Below the pieces are notes generated by a model. The model did not search any database, was not told where the DNA came from, and saw nothing but the letters and a program-made list of their open reading frames with translations. Position numbers and translations under genes: made by a program. DNA of 64,000 nt from Psilocybe cubensis (Eukaryota), in NCBI GenBank assembly GCA_017499595.2, contig CM039002.1, positions 3,162,001 to 3,226,000 of the forward strand, in the 5' to 3' direction. This document shows positions 28,101 through 39,200 of the stretch, in pieces; positions within the stretch are counted from its first letter, which is position 1, and every line of letters begins with the position of its first letter.

Positions 28101-29166
28101 CGCCAAATGCAGACGATGCAGAAAAGCCAAATATTGTGGGAAGGAGTGCCAGAGCACAGCCTGGAGCGAAGGGCACAGGTTCTGGTGCAGTGCGAAGGAT
28201 GTAGACGAGGACAATCTGGGAGAACATGCACACGCGCATGGGTCATCTGCTACGAGTACGACGGTTGCTCCGACTGCATCACAGAGTGTTGGTGTGGGCG
28301 TGGGTAATGATGCTGCAGGCGGAACAGTTAGGATTGCAATTGAACATGGGACTGAGGGGAACGGAAACGTACCTATCATCAATGGGAACACGCCACGGGT
28401 AGAACGGCGGCAACGAGAGAGGGAAAGGGAGCGCGAAAGAATTCATGGTACTGGTGGAGATGGCGATGGAACAACGACAACGGCTGCAGTGACACGAGGG
28501 TATAGACCTGGGGGTGTATCTGCATCGACGTCGCCGTCTGCACCATACGTCACTCCCACGACATCGACGACGACGGCAGCGATGGGCGTTGCTGGTCCTT
28601 CGCGGGTGGCTGCAACCACGAGTCAGCAGACGGTCGGTATGAGTGTTTCGCCGCGCGCAGAGGCGAGCGGTATGGCGCGCGATCGAACAGTGCAGCCGAA
28701 TGCGCCGCATGTGCGGCCGCGGCCCGTTCCTACAATGCGCCCGCCTCTCACACAGGCGCAATTACAGCAGCAGGCACAGGACCCGACGAACACGAGTTAT
28801 CTGACGTTCCACATCCAAGGAGCTGGGCCTTCAAACCACCAACATCATGTGCAGGCGCAACCTCAAGATCAGAACGTTCGCAGGCGCGCAGAAACAATCA
28901 CTGGTGCGACGGCGTCGAGCCACCACCAGCAACATCGTACTGCTGTGGAAGTTGCGCCGAATGTTGTTATTCCGCCACCGCGGTCGTATGTTCACGCTTC
29001 AGTATCTCCTACGACGACAGATTGGCCGATGGGAGGATCATCTCCTGCTCCACCAGATGTGTCGATGAGGGCGGATGCGGGGCCGTCAAGGCGGCATCGA
29101 CTGGTGAACATTGCTAGCCCGCGATCGCCTACAGACGATGGACAGGATGATATGGTCATTGGATAG
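25174..29166 (+). CDS. MUB1: MYND-type zinc-finger protein MUB1/samB
   Basis: MRESNFAFPAQNKACVCITSQLYDRR|ALDTTSPLPLFNSLTHL, QCIVNIGVRGSE, LQLLAYLSKYP, IQYWAGVIMRNACRKD..RQCAN|MMCGKWE..FAKCRRCRKAKYCGKECQSTAW..HRFWC. Confidence 0.92.
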
Positions 29167-30619
29167 TACGGCTTAAACACCTCCTTGACAATATTTTCCC
29201 GCTTTTTGTTTGTAGCGCCGACGACACAAAGATCCATTTTCCTGTTCGGTAATGCTTCTGTTGCTGCTTGCATTCATCCTTACGCACTATTTTCTATCTC
29301 TTTACGACCCTACGACCCACAGACCATTTATAGACATGCTTTCATCAACACCGCATGACATTTGAACGACTTTATCCAATTCCCATCACCACCACAACCT
29401 CGCACCACCTTTCCTACCTTTTGGTTTTTTTATATACGCGGGTCTCTATGAACGCATAACTCGTCATGACCCATCGTTACGATACCACTAGCACATCAAC
29501 ACCATATCTACACCAACCTACCGTTATATATCTGTCACATGCGATCCCTCCCTGGCAAAGGTGGCGGCTATACGCTTGCTAGCTATTCTTCCACCTCGAC
29601 CACCATTCGCCTCCACCATTTACCACGCACCGGCTTCAGAATTTTTTTTCTGAAGATGTCCCAAATTTGTCTGGTTTTATCTATCTGCAATTTCATTCAA
29701 ACCCCTTTCTATCGCAATTTTTTTCCCTTTTCCATCCCTTTTCTTTGTCTATTTCTGTTGGCGGCTGCCCATGAAAAAGGAAGACCGGAATTGAAATCGA
29801 AATCAAAATCGACGCCGAATAGGACAATATTACATCCCCCTTCCTACTCCCATTTTCTTCTCTTGATCGATTTTACTTGGTCGTGGTTAATTTGTTAATT
29901 ACCCTCATCTCCGCTCCTCTTCCTACCTCCCACTACCTCTCTTTTCTATCATTTCCCGCCTATCTGCCTGCATCCACTTTGTCCCCTCCCTCGATATTGT
30001 CAACACATTCCTTTTTCTCCCATACGTCGCTTCATCCATCTGTTTGTCTGTTCAGCGTCCTTCCTATTTGTTACTTTTTTCTACTACTATTTTTTCTGTC
30101 GCCTTTTTTCACTGCGTCTCTCTCTCATTTACTCACAGCAACATCGTAGTCCTATAATCTAAACCCTTCATGCCCCATTTGTTAGGTTTGGTTTTTCGCG
30201 TGCCATCATGCACTGTGATTTATCGAAAAGAAACGGTTGTAAAACAACGACTAGACGTCTAATGTGGTTTGAAGCATCCAAGATTTTAATCACTGTTCAA
30301 GCCTTGTATAACGATGGCTTGTCAGATTTTTTTAAGGTGGATAATACCTGAGTCTTCAAGCTTCAGTGTTCATCTCGCCCGTCGCCGCCAGAGAACGATT
30401 TCAACCGATCGAACATGAGCACACGTGTGACGTTCCGGTCTGTTTCCCACACCCCGATTATCTTCTTTTTATCTTATCTTTAAATTTCTTTTCTGTGGAC
30501 TTCACCTTCGTTCCGTCCACCCGATACACACACTCCTTTAGCTCATTTTCTTCATTCTATGTTCCTACTCCTCCATTTTATTCCCCTTGAAACTGACTTT
30601 TACTCCACCTTTATGTGTC

Positions 30620-30996
30620 TATTGAACAAATATAATGGCTCAGTCAATGTAGAATAGACTGATATTCGTGTATAGTACCTATTGAACAAATATAATGGCT
30701 ACACGAAGTCAATATACGAAGGGAAACAGTAAATACGATGGTCAACTCACCTCAGTCAATGTAGAATAGACTGAGGGGAGTTGAGACGAAATTGTTCTGG
30801 TATATGTGATACGAAAATGGCTGGGCAAATGCCCAAGCCATGCGGACCTACTCGGTGTACGTATTGTCCATGCGTGCACCCGTCTACGTACGGTCTAGAC
30901 TAAAACTGAGGTCATCACGGAGAAATAAGACAACAAGAAAATATAATCAGTCAAGAAAAGGGCGTGCATTACGAAGGCACGGTTAGAAATTCAACA
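30620..30996 (-). repeat. Copia 3' LTR
   Basis: Direct repeat of 42204-42580; one difference seen (C30881 vs T42465); element-strand ends TGTTGAA...TTCAATA. Confidence 0.95.
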
Positions 30997-31003
30997 CTCC
31001 CCC

Positions 31004-34000
31004 TCAAACCGTGCTGAGTCCAAGGGCGGTAGCGAAATGTTTGGCCTTCACGCTAGGAAGCGCCTTGGTGAGAATGTCAGCCGTCATGTCATTTGTGGGG
31101 CAGTAGATCAACTTGATCGTGCCCTTCTCTATGACGTAGCGGATAAAATGGTAGCGAATATCGATATGTTTTGTGCGTGCATGATAGTGTCCGTCTTGTG
31201 CGAGTGCAATGGCCGATTTGCTGTCAGAAAATAAAATGGTTGGACCGTCGAGAGGTCCGAAAAGTTGAGTAATGAGTTCACGAAGCCAAATGGCTTCCTT
31301 CGCAGCGTGAGTTTGTGCGACATATTCCGCCTCGGTGGTTGACAGTGTAACGAGCTCTTGTTTCTTCGATGACCAGCTAACGGCTCCCCCGTCAACCATG
31401 AAAACATACCCGGAAATTGCACGCCTGTGCTCCTGGGATGCTCCGTCAGCATCAACGAACCCTTCCACTCCTCGCTTCTCGCCGCCGTACGTCAACTGCA
31501 ATGAGCGAGTGCCCAATAAATAGCGAAAGATTCGCTTCACGGCCTCCCAATGAGCCCAACCTGGGTTCTCGGAGAATTGTGCCACTGTGGACACTGCAAA
31601 TGCGATATCAGGGCGAGTGCCCATCGCTGCATACATCAGGGATCCAACCACCTCACGGTACGGAATTTGCTGCATCTTGATGATGTCTGCGATCTTCGTG
31701 GGGGATTGCGATTTTGAGAGCGTAACTGTGTGATCCATAGGGAAAGACGACGGTTTCAAGTCGTTAAAATTGAATCGCGCAATGATAGAGTCGATGTATG
31801 CGTCCTGGGATAGGGAAATGGTGTGGTTGACGAAATCTCGAGTGATCTTGATCCCCAAGAGCCAGTTCACAGCGCCTAAGTCGGTGAGCTTGTAGATACG
31901 ATTCATTCGCTTCTTGAATTCGTTAATCTGCTTCCTAGAGCTCCCAACAAGCAGGCAATCGTCGACGTGTACCGCAAGGATAATGATATCGGAGCCAATC
32001 TTCTTTACGAAGACTCCATGGTCTGCATCCGTTCTTACGAACCCCAAATCAGCGAGAGCTTTACAAAGTGCGTCGTACCAGTTTTTAGCGCCCTGTTTCA
32101 AGCCGTATAACGTCTTGTTTAAGCGCCAAACCCAGTCACGACTGTTGCGGACGGCGAACTCGGGTGGTTGTTCAAGAAATACCTTCTCGTTTGGACCCAA
32201 TTTGCTGTTAAGGTACGCTGAATCAAAGTCAATGATATCTGCAATCCAGTCGTTCCGCGCAGCAAGAGCAAGAAGGAGTCGAAAAGATGCGAAACGAGCA
32301 ACAGGTGCATACGTCTCATAATAATCTACGCCATGAATTTGAGTAAAACCTTTAGCGACTAGACGTGCCTTGTATTTTTCGATTTCGCCGGCTGCATTCT
32401 TCTTGATACGCAAAACCCATCGACATTTGGTGACGTTGGCATCCTTGGGTCGCTGTACAAGCTCGTAAGTGCCGTTTCGCTTCAACGAATCGAGCTCCTC
32501 CTTGATTGCGATCTCCCATTTAGGCCAGTCTGCACGCTTTCTTGCCTCCTCAAATGTAGGTGTTAAACCTTCTGCTCCCTCCATAACCGCTGCCATTGCA
32601 TACTCCGCCGCCTCGACCAATTCCCAAGCATCCTCCTCGCCATCCGCAACTCCACCCGTCTCCGAAGGCTCTGGCGCTTCTTGTATGCCTACAGGCAGTA
32701 CACCATCGCTGCGTCTTGCGCTGAGCACTCCCACACCACTTCTCAATCGTTCCACATACGAGGAAGCTTTGCGAATGCGTAAGCTTCGTCGTGGACCTTC
32801 TGGCTCGGGTTCTTCATTCTGGAATCGATTTTCAGTATGATCCGAAGGACCTCTGGGCTCTGGCTTGTCCTCGTCATCCTCGTCGACTTCCTCGACCTTG
32901 GGGCGTTGAGAATCGTTGGAAGCAAGTGGTTTGTCGGGCGGAGTCCACGCGACAAATGGTTTACGCTCCCCCTCGAGTGGTGCAGCCTCGACGAATATTT
33001 CTTCATCAAAATTGAACTTAACGTTTCGTTTGACAGTAATTGAATGCTTCTCGGTCCAATATATGCGATGGGCAAAGCTCTCATCGTCAAAACCAACCCA
33101 GCGGCCGATTTTCGATCGCGCTGCAAGTTTATTGTTGTCGTCGTCGTAAACTCGCACTCTGCATCCCCAGGGGTGTAAATTTGCAAGGTTTGGCTTCTTG
33201 CCATGAAATATTTCGAAGGGGGTCGTGTTTCCAAGACTGCGCGTCCAGGAACAGTTCTTGAGATGCACAGAGTGGCGGGCTGCTTCAGCCCACAAAAAAT
33301 CGGGCAGTCCGCTCTCATGAAGCATGGCACGGATTTTAGCAATAATGGTGCGGTTTAGGCGCTCCGAAACGCCATTATACTCGGGTGTATCGTGGGTTGT
33401 GAGGTGCCGTTCGGTTCCAGCGAGTGCAAGATGGGCAGTAAACGCATCGTTGAGGTATTCGCCTCCACGATCCGTACGAAGCGATTTGATTTGGATATCC
33501 TTTTGCGTTTTCAGCCATGCCTCGTATGACCGATACGCATCGAACGCCTCGCTCTTTTTGCGCAAAAAATAGAGCTGAGAATAGCGGCTGTAATCGTCCG
33601 TGAAGCTAATGTAGTACTTCTTGCGATTAATCGTTTTGACTGGCGCTGGACCCCACAGATCCGAATGAATCTCGTCGCCAACAGCCTTGGTGCGTTCTCG
33701 TTCGCGTTCGCGTCGGATAGCTCTACGCTCGCCTTTCGCCCACTCGCAGGACTCGCAAATTGTTGAGACACTTTCTGGGTCTAATAGAACACCAGTGACG
33801 AGTCCCTTATCCACCAAACGCTTCGCTCGCTCGTGCGAAACATGTCCCAGTCGACGATGAAGTTCATCAAGTGAGATTACCTCCTCCACCTTCGCGGCGG
33901 TCGCGGTCTCAACCTCTGGCTCAACTGAGCATGGCGTAAAGACCCGATACAGTCCTCCCTTTACAGACACCCTTCCAATCGGTCGACGATGGCGATCGTA

Positions 34001-35776
34001 AATCTTGCAAAATTCACCGTGAAAAATCAAGGTTGATCCGGCAAGAGCAATACGACTGATGGATACGAGAGTGACGCGCATCGACGGCGCATAGAGGACG
34101 TCCTTCAAGAGGACCCGAGACTCTTGCTCACCATTGGGAATAGTGATCCAAATGTCTCCCTTGCCAGTCGCCGTGAAAGTTCGGTTATCAGCGGCGGAAA
34201 TGGGCTTCTCTGGAGTATCGACGAAGTTGATAAAACGGTGTCGAAGACCAGACATGTGTCGGGTAGCTCCCGAATCATAAAGCTCCACATCTATTGGAGT
34301 GGTCAGCTCCTCATGTGTCTTGCTTGTAAACGCTGCGTCTTCCTGAAGAGCGTTCGCTTGGACAAAGATAGGATTCAACGATGGCGGGGGAATAATAAAC
34401 TCGTCGTCATCAGACTCAGAGCTCAAGTCATCATCCGAAAAATTGTCGTCGGAGTCAGATACTGAGTCAAGCGTGGGGATATCACCGTCAGAGTCGTCAG
34501 ACGATTCAGAAACGCTTTGGAGACCTGGCATTTCGTCGCTGCTATCGTCCAATACGGTAGACGCTTTGGTGTCGCTTACGGGAACAGCTTCATTGAATAA
34601 TTCCTGAATAAAATCGGAATCGAAGTCGTTGAAGGAGGAGGGTGTGTCTGAGGTCTCGGAATACGAATCGTCATCAAAAGCATTCGCCATCCAAGCCTCA
34701 TCCGAGTCAGAATCAGCATTGGCAGCTCCAGCCGTGTGTTTAGCGCTCGAAGAAGCGCCCGTCAATGAATTGTCCTTGCCCTTGCTCTCCCCATTCTCCT
34801 TCGCTTTCCCCTTCCCCTTGCCTTTCCCCTTGCCCTTTCCAGGGCGTTGACCTTCTCTGCCGCCTCCCTTCGCCCAGCACTCCGATTTATAGTGACCGCG
34901 CTTCTTGCAATTGAAGCATTCGACGTTGTCCCGACGCGAGCCTCCTTTTTGACCTCTCTCTGAGTCGTTGGAGTAAAAGGCAACGTTCTCGCTGTCCTTC
35001 TTGCCGCTACTGCCCTTCGCACGAAGGAGCCGGCGCTCGTACTCGTCGGTGACGCTTAAAATAAAGTTTTCGGGTGATGGCGGTGGTGGGGGGTCTTCCG
35101 TATTCGCATACTGCGCAGCAATAACTGTTGTGTATGATGCATCGATGACAGAGACAAAAGAGTCGTAGGAAGCGGGTAGGGAGCCCATGAGGATAGTGTA
35201 GAATTCGAGGTCATCGAGGGGATAGCCCATGGACGAGAGATCTTCGCGCATGAGGCGCATCTTCGCAAAATGCGCTCGCACGTCGCCCTTATCTCCACAC
35301 CGCTCCTCTTGCAATCGTCGACGAAGGTCAATTGAAACCATGCGAGATTTGTTCTGGAAATTCGCTCCCAACGCCGCCCACATCATCTCTGCAGTAGGTA
35401 GCATGCGAATCTTCAAGAAGAGGCTGTCCGGGATCGTGCCAGCGATCTGCTGCTTCACCACGGCCTCCTCCTGCTTCCACACCTTCAACTTCTTGTAGTA
35501 CTCCTCAAGCGCAGCTGTTTGTTCCACTGTCGGGGCCGGCGGTGGCTGGGTCGTTGCAGGAGTGGTAGACGAGCCTGTGGCAGCGGGAGCCGGTGCAGAG
35601 GACGAGGAGAACGATGGAGCAACTGGCATAGGTGCTGTGCCGTCGATGTGATCTCCCAGTCCGCGTGCATCGATGGAAATCAAGAAACGGTCTCGATAGA
35701 CCACCCAATTAGCGCCCGTGGCCTCGAGCTTGGGAATGCGCAAGAAATCATCGCCTAGCTTCGTTGTAGAGAGCAT
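31004..35776 (-). CDS. gag-pol: Copia Gag-Pol polyprotein, 1590 aa, uninterrupted
   Basis: Zn knuckle CFNCKKRGHYKSEC, protease LYDSGAT, HRRLGH..CESC, integrase (HSDLWG, RTDRGGEY, NGVSER), RT (KARLVAKGF, VHVDD), RNase H (ADILTK); IN precedes RT = copia order. Confidence 0.97.
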   Translation of the reverse strand: MLSTTKLGDDFLRIPKLEATGANWVVYRDRFLISIDARGLGDHIDGTAPMPVAPSFSSSSAPAPAATGSSTTPATTQPPPAPTVEQTAALEEYYKKLKVWKQEEAVVKQQIAGTIPDSLFLKIRMLPTAEMMWAALGANFQNKSRMVSIDLRRRLQEERCGDKGDVRAHFAKMRLMREDLSSMGYPLDDLEFYTILMGSLPASYDSFVSVIDASYTTVIAAQYANTEDPPPPPSPENFILSVTDEYERRLLRAKGSSGKKDSENVAFYSNDSERGQKGGSRRDNVECFNCKKRGHYKSECWAKGGGREGQRPGKGKGKGKGKGKAKENGESKGKDNSLTGASSSAKHTAGAANADSDSDEAWMANAFDDDSYSETSDTPSSFNDFDSDFIQELFNEAVPVSDTKASTVLDDSSDEMPGLQSVSESSDDSDGDIPTLDSVSDSDDNFSDDDLSSESDDDEFIIPPPSLNPIFVQANALQEDAAFTSKTHEELTTPIDVELYDSGATRHMSGLRHRFINFVDTPEKPISAADNRTFTATGKGDIWITIPNGEQESRVLLKDVLYAPSMRVTLVSISRIALAGSTLIFHGEFCKIYDRHRRPIGRVSVKGGLYRVFTPCSVEPEVETATAAKVEEVISLDELHRRLGHVSHERAKRLVDKGLVTGVLLDPESVSTICESCEWAKGERRAIRRERERERTKAVGDEIHSDLWGPAPVKTINRKKYYISFTDDYSRYSQLYFLRKKSEAFDAYRSYEAWLKTQKDIQIKSLRTDRGGEYLNDAFTAHLALAGTERHLTTHDTPEYNGVSERLNRTIIAKIRAMLHESGLPDFLWAEAARHSVHLKNCSWTRSLGNTTPFEIFHGKKPNLANLHPWGCRVRVYDDDNNKLAARSKIGRWVGFDDESFAHRIYWTEKHSITVKRNVKFNFDEEIFVEAAPLEGERKPFVAWTPPDKPLASNDSQRPKVEEVDEDDEDKPEPRGPSDHTENRFQNEEPEPEGPRRSLRIRKASSYVERLRSGVGVLSARRSDGVLPVGIQEAPEPSETGGVADGEEDAWELVEAAEYAMAAVMEGAEGLTPTFEEARKRADWPKWEIAIKEELDSLKRNGTYELVQRPKDANVTKCRWVLRIKKNAAGEIEKYKARLVAKGFTQIHGVDYYETYAPVARFASFRLLLALAARNDWIADIIDFDSAYLNSKLGPNEKVFLEQPPEFAVRNSRDWVWRLNKTLYGLKQGAKNWYDALCKALADLGFVRTDADHGVFVKKIGSDIIILAVHVDDCLLVGSSRKQINEFKKRMNRIYKLTDLGAVNWLLGIKITRDFVNHTISLSQDAYIDSIIARFNFNDLKPSSFPMDHTVTLSKSQSPTKIADIIKMQQIPYREVVGSLMYAAMGTRPDIAFAVSTVAQFSENPGWAHWEAVKRIFRYLLGTRSLQLTYGGEKRGVEGFVDADGASQEHRRAISGYVFMVDGGAVSWSSKKQELVTLSTTEAEYVAQTHAAKEAIWLRELITQLFGPLDGPTILFSDSKSAIALAQDGHYHARTKHIDIRYHFIRYVIEKGTIKLIYCPTNDMTADILTKALPSVKAKHFATALGLSTV

Positions 35777-35818
35777 TGTGAAGTTGGTGTGAAGGGAAAT
35801 GAGTCTACTCGTTGATTA

Positions 35819-36267
35819 TGTCAGGGCAACACTATAATTAGTGTGACAAGGCCACCAACAAAGATCAAGCAAGGAAGAGAGAGAGAGAGCAGAGGGAGAG
35901 TAAGAGAGCAAAGAGAGAATAAGAGAATAAGAGAGACTCAATGATTCTAAGAGATCACACCAATGATAGTGGATATCCTAAGAGATTGAAGCTGAAGCTA
36001 CAGCTACCTACAAGTCCAGTATTTATACTCTACAGCTATTCTAGAATATTCCCTACATTACATCATAAAGGAAGGTTAAAGAATAAAAGTGACATCATAT
36101 AGAAAAAGGATGAGTAAGACTAGGAATCATATAGAATTTACTAGAAAGAAGTGGAGCAAAAAGGCTGTGATGAAAGAAATAAACTATCTAATCAGATAAT
36201 TGATAAGATAATGAAAGGATAAGATAATTCTGTGAAGATAAAGAGGGAAACTGGAGAAACCCTGACA
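35819..36267 (-). repeat. Gypsy 3' LTR
   Basis: Same length as 41725-42173 and no difference found by eye. Confidence 0.95.
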
Positions 36268-39200
36268 TCACCCCCTCTCTAAGGCACATTTTCCACAATG
36301 TGCACATGGATGGGTTAGTTTAGAGGGTTTAAGAAGAGGAGGAGGTTCAGTAAAGTTAATAATAGGAGTGAAAGAAAGTCTATCAAAGGTCACAGCAGAA
36401 ATCCTTCTAGGTGCTGAAGGATGTTTGGCATGGAAGTCCTTGATAGCCTTAGAAGCATTTTTCAAATGCTCTGCAGGCTCCCAAGTGCATTCTTCATTAG
36501 GATAGTTCTTCCACTTGACCAAATATTGAAGTTTGTTTCTAAAAAGTCTGCTGTCCTTGATAAATTCAACTTCCCACTCAGGATTTTCTCCTTGAATGAC
36601 AGGTGGTGGTCTAGAAGGAGGCTTTCTTCCTACAATATCTGGGTGATAAGGTAGAAGTTTAACCACATTGAACACTGGATGGATTTTCATGGTAGATGGC
36701 AGCTTAAGCTCATAGGCATTAGGGCTAATAACTTTGGTAATTTTGTAAGGCCCATATCTTTTATCATCCAATTTCTTGGAGGGCCTATCAGTTTTGAGGT
36801 CTTTGCCATCCAACCATACCAAATCCCCAACTTTGTACTGAGTTGGAGTACCTCTGTGTCTATTATAGAATTTAGCCATATCATCAGCAGCTTTTCTAAG
36901 TGCAGACTCTGCTTCTTTCCTGGCTTCTTCCATATTTTTCACAAAGGTATCCACAGTGTCCATTTTACTATCTCTAAGGGGTTCAGTGCCCATTCTGGGA
37001 TGTCTGCCATTATTGAGCATGAATGGTGTCTGCCTGGTTGAAGCCTGAACTCTATTGTTATAAGAGAATTCAGCTAGAGCTAACCATTCAACCCAATCAT
37101 CTTGTCTATGGTTTATAAAGAGTCTAAGATACTGCTCAATTTCTTGGTTAACTCTTTCAGTCTGACCATCAGTTTGGGGATGGTAGGCTGTAGATGAGGC
37201 TGTCTGGATACCAAGTATTGAGTTGAGTTCTTTCATAAACCTTGAGACAAACTGTGGACCTCTATCACATAGAATTTTAATGGGTAAGCCATGGTGTTTC
37301 CAGACATAATCTCTGTATAGTCTGGCTGTCCCTTCAGAAGTAACTTCATCTGTAGTAGGGATAATGTGGATCATTTTACTAAGTCTATCCACAACCACCA
37401 TAATGGCATTATACCCTTGACATTCTGGTAACCCCATAATAAAGTCCACAGAGATGCATTGCCAGACATCAGAGGGAATCTCAGTAGGAATTAAAAGGCC
37501 AAGAGGTTTGGCTGGAAAGGTTTTGGTTCTGTTGCATCTATCACAACCTCTGGTATAGGCTGCAATAAAATGTGACATTCCTGGCCACCAATAATTCCTA
37601 GAGACTAGCTCAATTGTCTTCCATTTTCCTGGATGTCCAGCAATGAAGGCATCATGGTGCAGTTCCACAATCTTTCTTCTAAGATCTTTGTCCTTGGGAA
37701 CATACACCTTCCCCCTGTAGAGAATAAGGCCTTGTTCTTCTGACCATTCCTGTCCTTCAATCTTCTTGGTAGAAGATTTCTTGAGCTCCTGAACTGCCTT
37801 GACCACCTTTTCATCCATCTCCTTAGCTTCTCTAATCTTCTTAAGAAGATCATTTTCTGCACTAGTAATGGTAGCATGACCCTGCTTGAGAGCCTGGATT
37901 TTAAAGTAGGAAGGTTTGAGGAGAACTACATTTTGGTTATCATTCTCTCCCTTTTTATGATCTGGTCTCCTAGACAAAGCATCTGGCTTAAGAGATCTTT
38001 TACCAGGCCTATGATGAAGAGTAAAATCAAATCTGGACAGGAAGAGTGACCATCTGGCTTGCCTTCTGCTGAGCTTTTGGGCAACCATAAAGTACTCTAA
38101 GTTTTTGTGGTCTGTCCAAATCTCAAAGGAATGTTGGGTTCCTTCAAGATAATGTCTCCATTCATCTAGTGCTCTGATAATAGCCAGCATCTCTTTGTCA
38201 TGGATCTCATAATTCCTTTCTACTTCAGATAGACTCTTAGACATAAAGGCTACAGGATGCCATTTCCCATCTGATCCTTCCTGAGATAAAACAGCCCCAG
38301 TAGCATAATCTGAACTGTCTGCTTCAACTTTATATGGCTTGTTATCATCAGGGAAAATCAAGACAGGTGAAGAAGTGACTTTCTTCTTTAACTGGTCAAA
38401 GGCTTCCTGCTGTCTAAGACTCCATCTCCAGACTGTTCCTTTCTTTGTCAATTCATGAAGGGGCTTAGCAATGTCTGCAAAATCCTTTATGAACCTTCTA
38501 TAAAAATTAACAAATCCCAAGAATGATTGGACATCCTTGACATTTTCAGGTTCAGGCCATTTAGAAACTCCCTCTACCTTGACAGGATCCATCTCAATCC
38601 TGCCTTGTGAAATGATTAGTCCAAGATATTCAATCTTTTCCTTTTCAAATTCACATTTCTCTGCTTTAAGGTAGAGTTTGTTCTGTTCTAGGATTTGCAG
38701 AACTTGCTTGACTACCTCTCTATGATGATCAAGAGTCTCAGTGAAAATTAAAATGTCATCCATGTAGACAATGACAACATTTCCATCAATGAGCTCAATA
38801 AAGATATCATTCATCATAGTTTGAAAGGTAGCAGGACTATTGGTTAAACCAAAGAACATGACCAATGGTTCAAACAGCCCTCTATTGGTTCTAAAGGCTG
38901 CTTTCCATTCATCTCCCTTTTTGATTCTGACATTGTTAAATCCCCACCTAACATCAAGTTTGGTGAAGTATTTGGCTTTGCTGAGTTTGGTGATAATGTC
39001 AGAAATCAATGGAAGGGGGTAGGAGTTCTTGATGGTCATTTCATTCAGTTTCCTATAGTCCTGGACAAGCCTAAGAGATCCATCCTTCTTCTTGACAAAG
39101 AATACAGGGGAGGCCATAGGTGACTTGGAGGGTCTAATCCTGCCAGACTTCAGATTTTCCTCTAAAAAGGCATCAAGTTCCTTTTGTTCATTGGGAGAGA

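Noticed and set aside
25276-28761. Long antisense ORFs over MUB1
   Set aside because: Shadows of GC-rich low-complexity coding sequence.
29539-30590. Hydrophobic ORFs downstream of MUB1
   Set aside because: Pyrimidine-rich UTR/intergenic sequence giving spurious F/L/S-rich translations.
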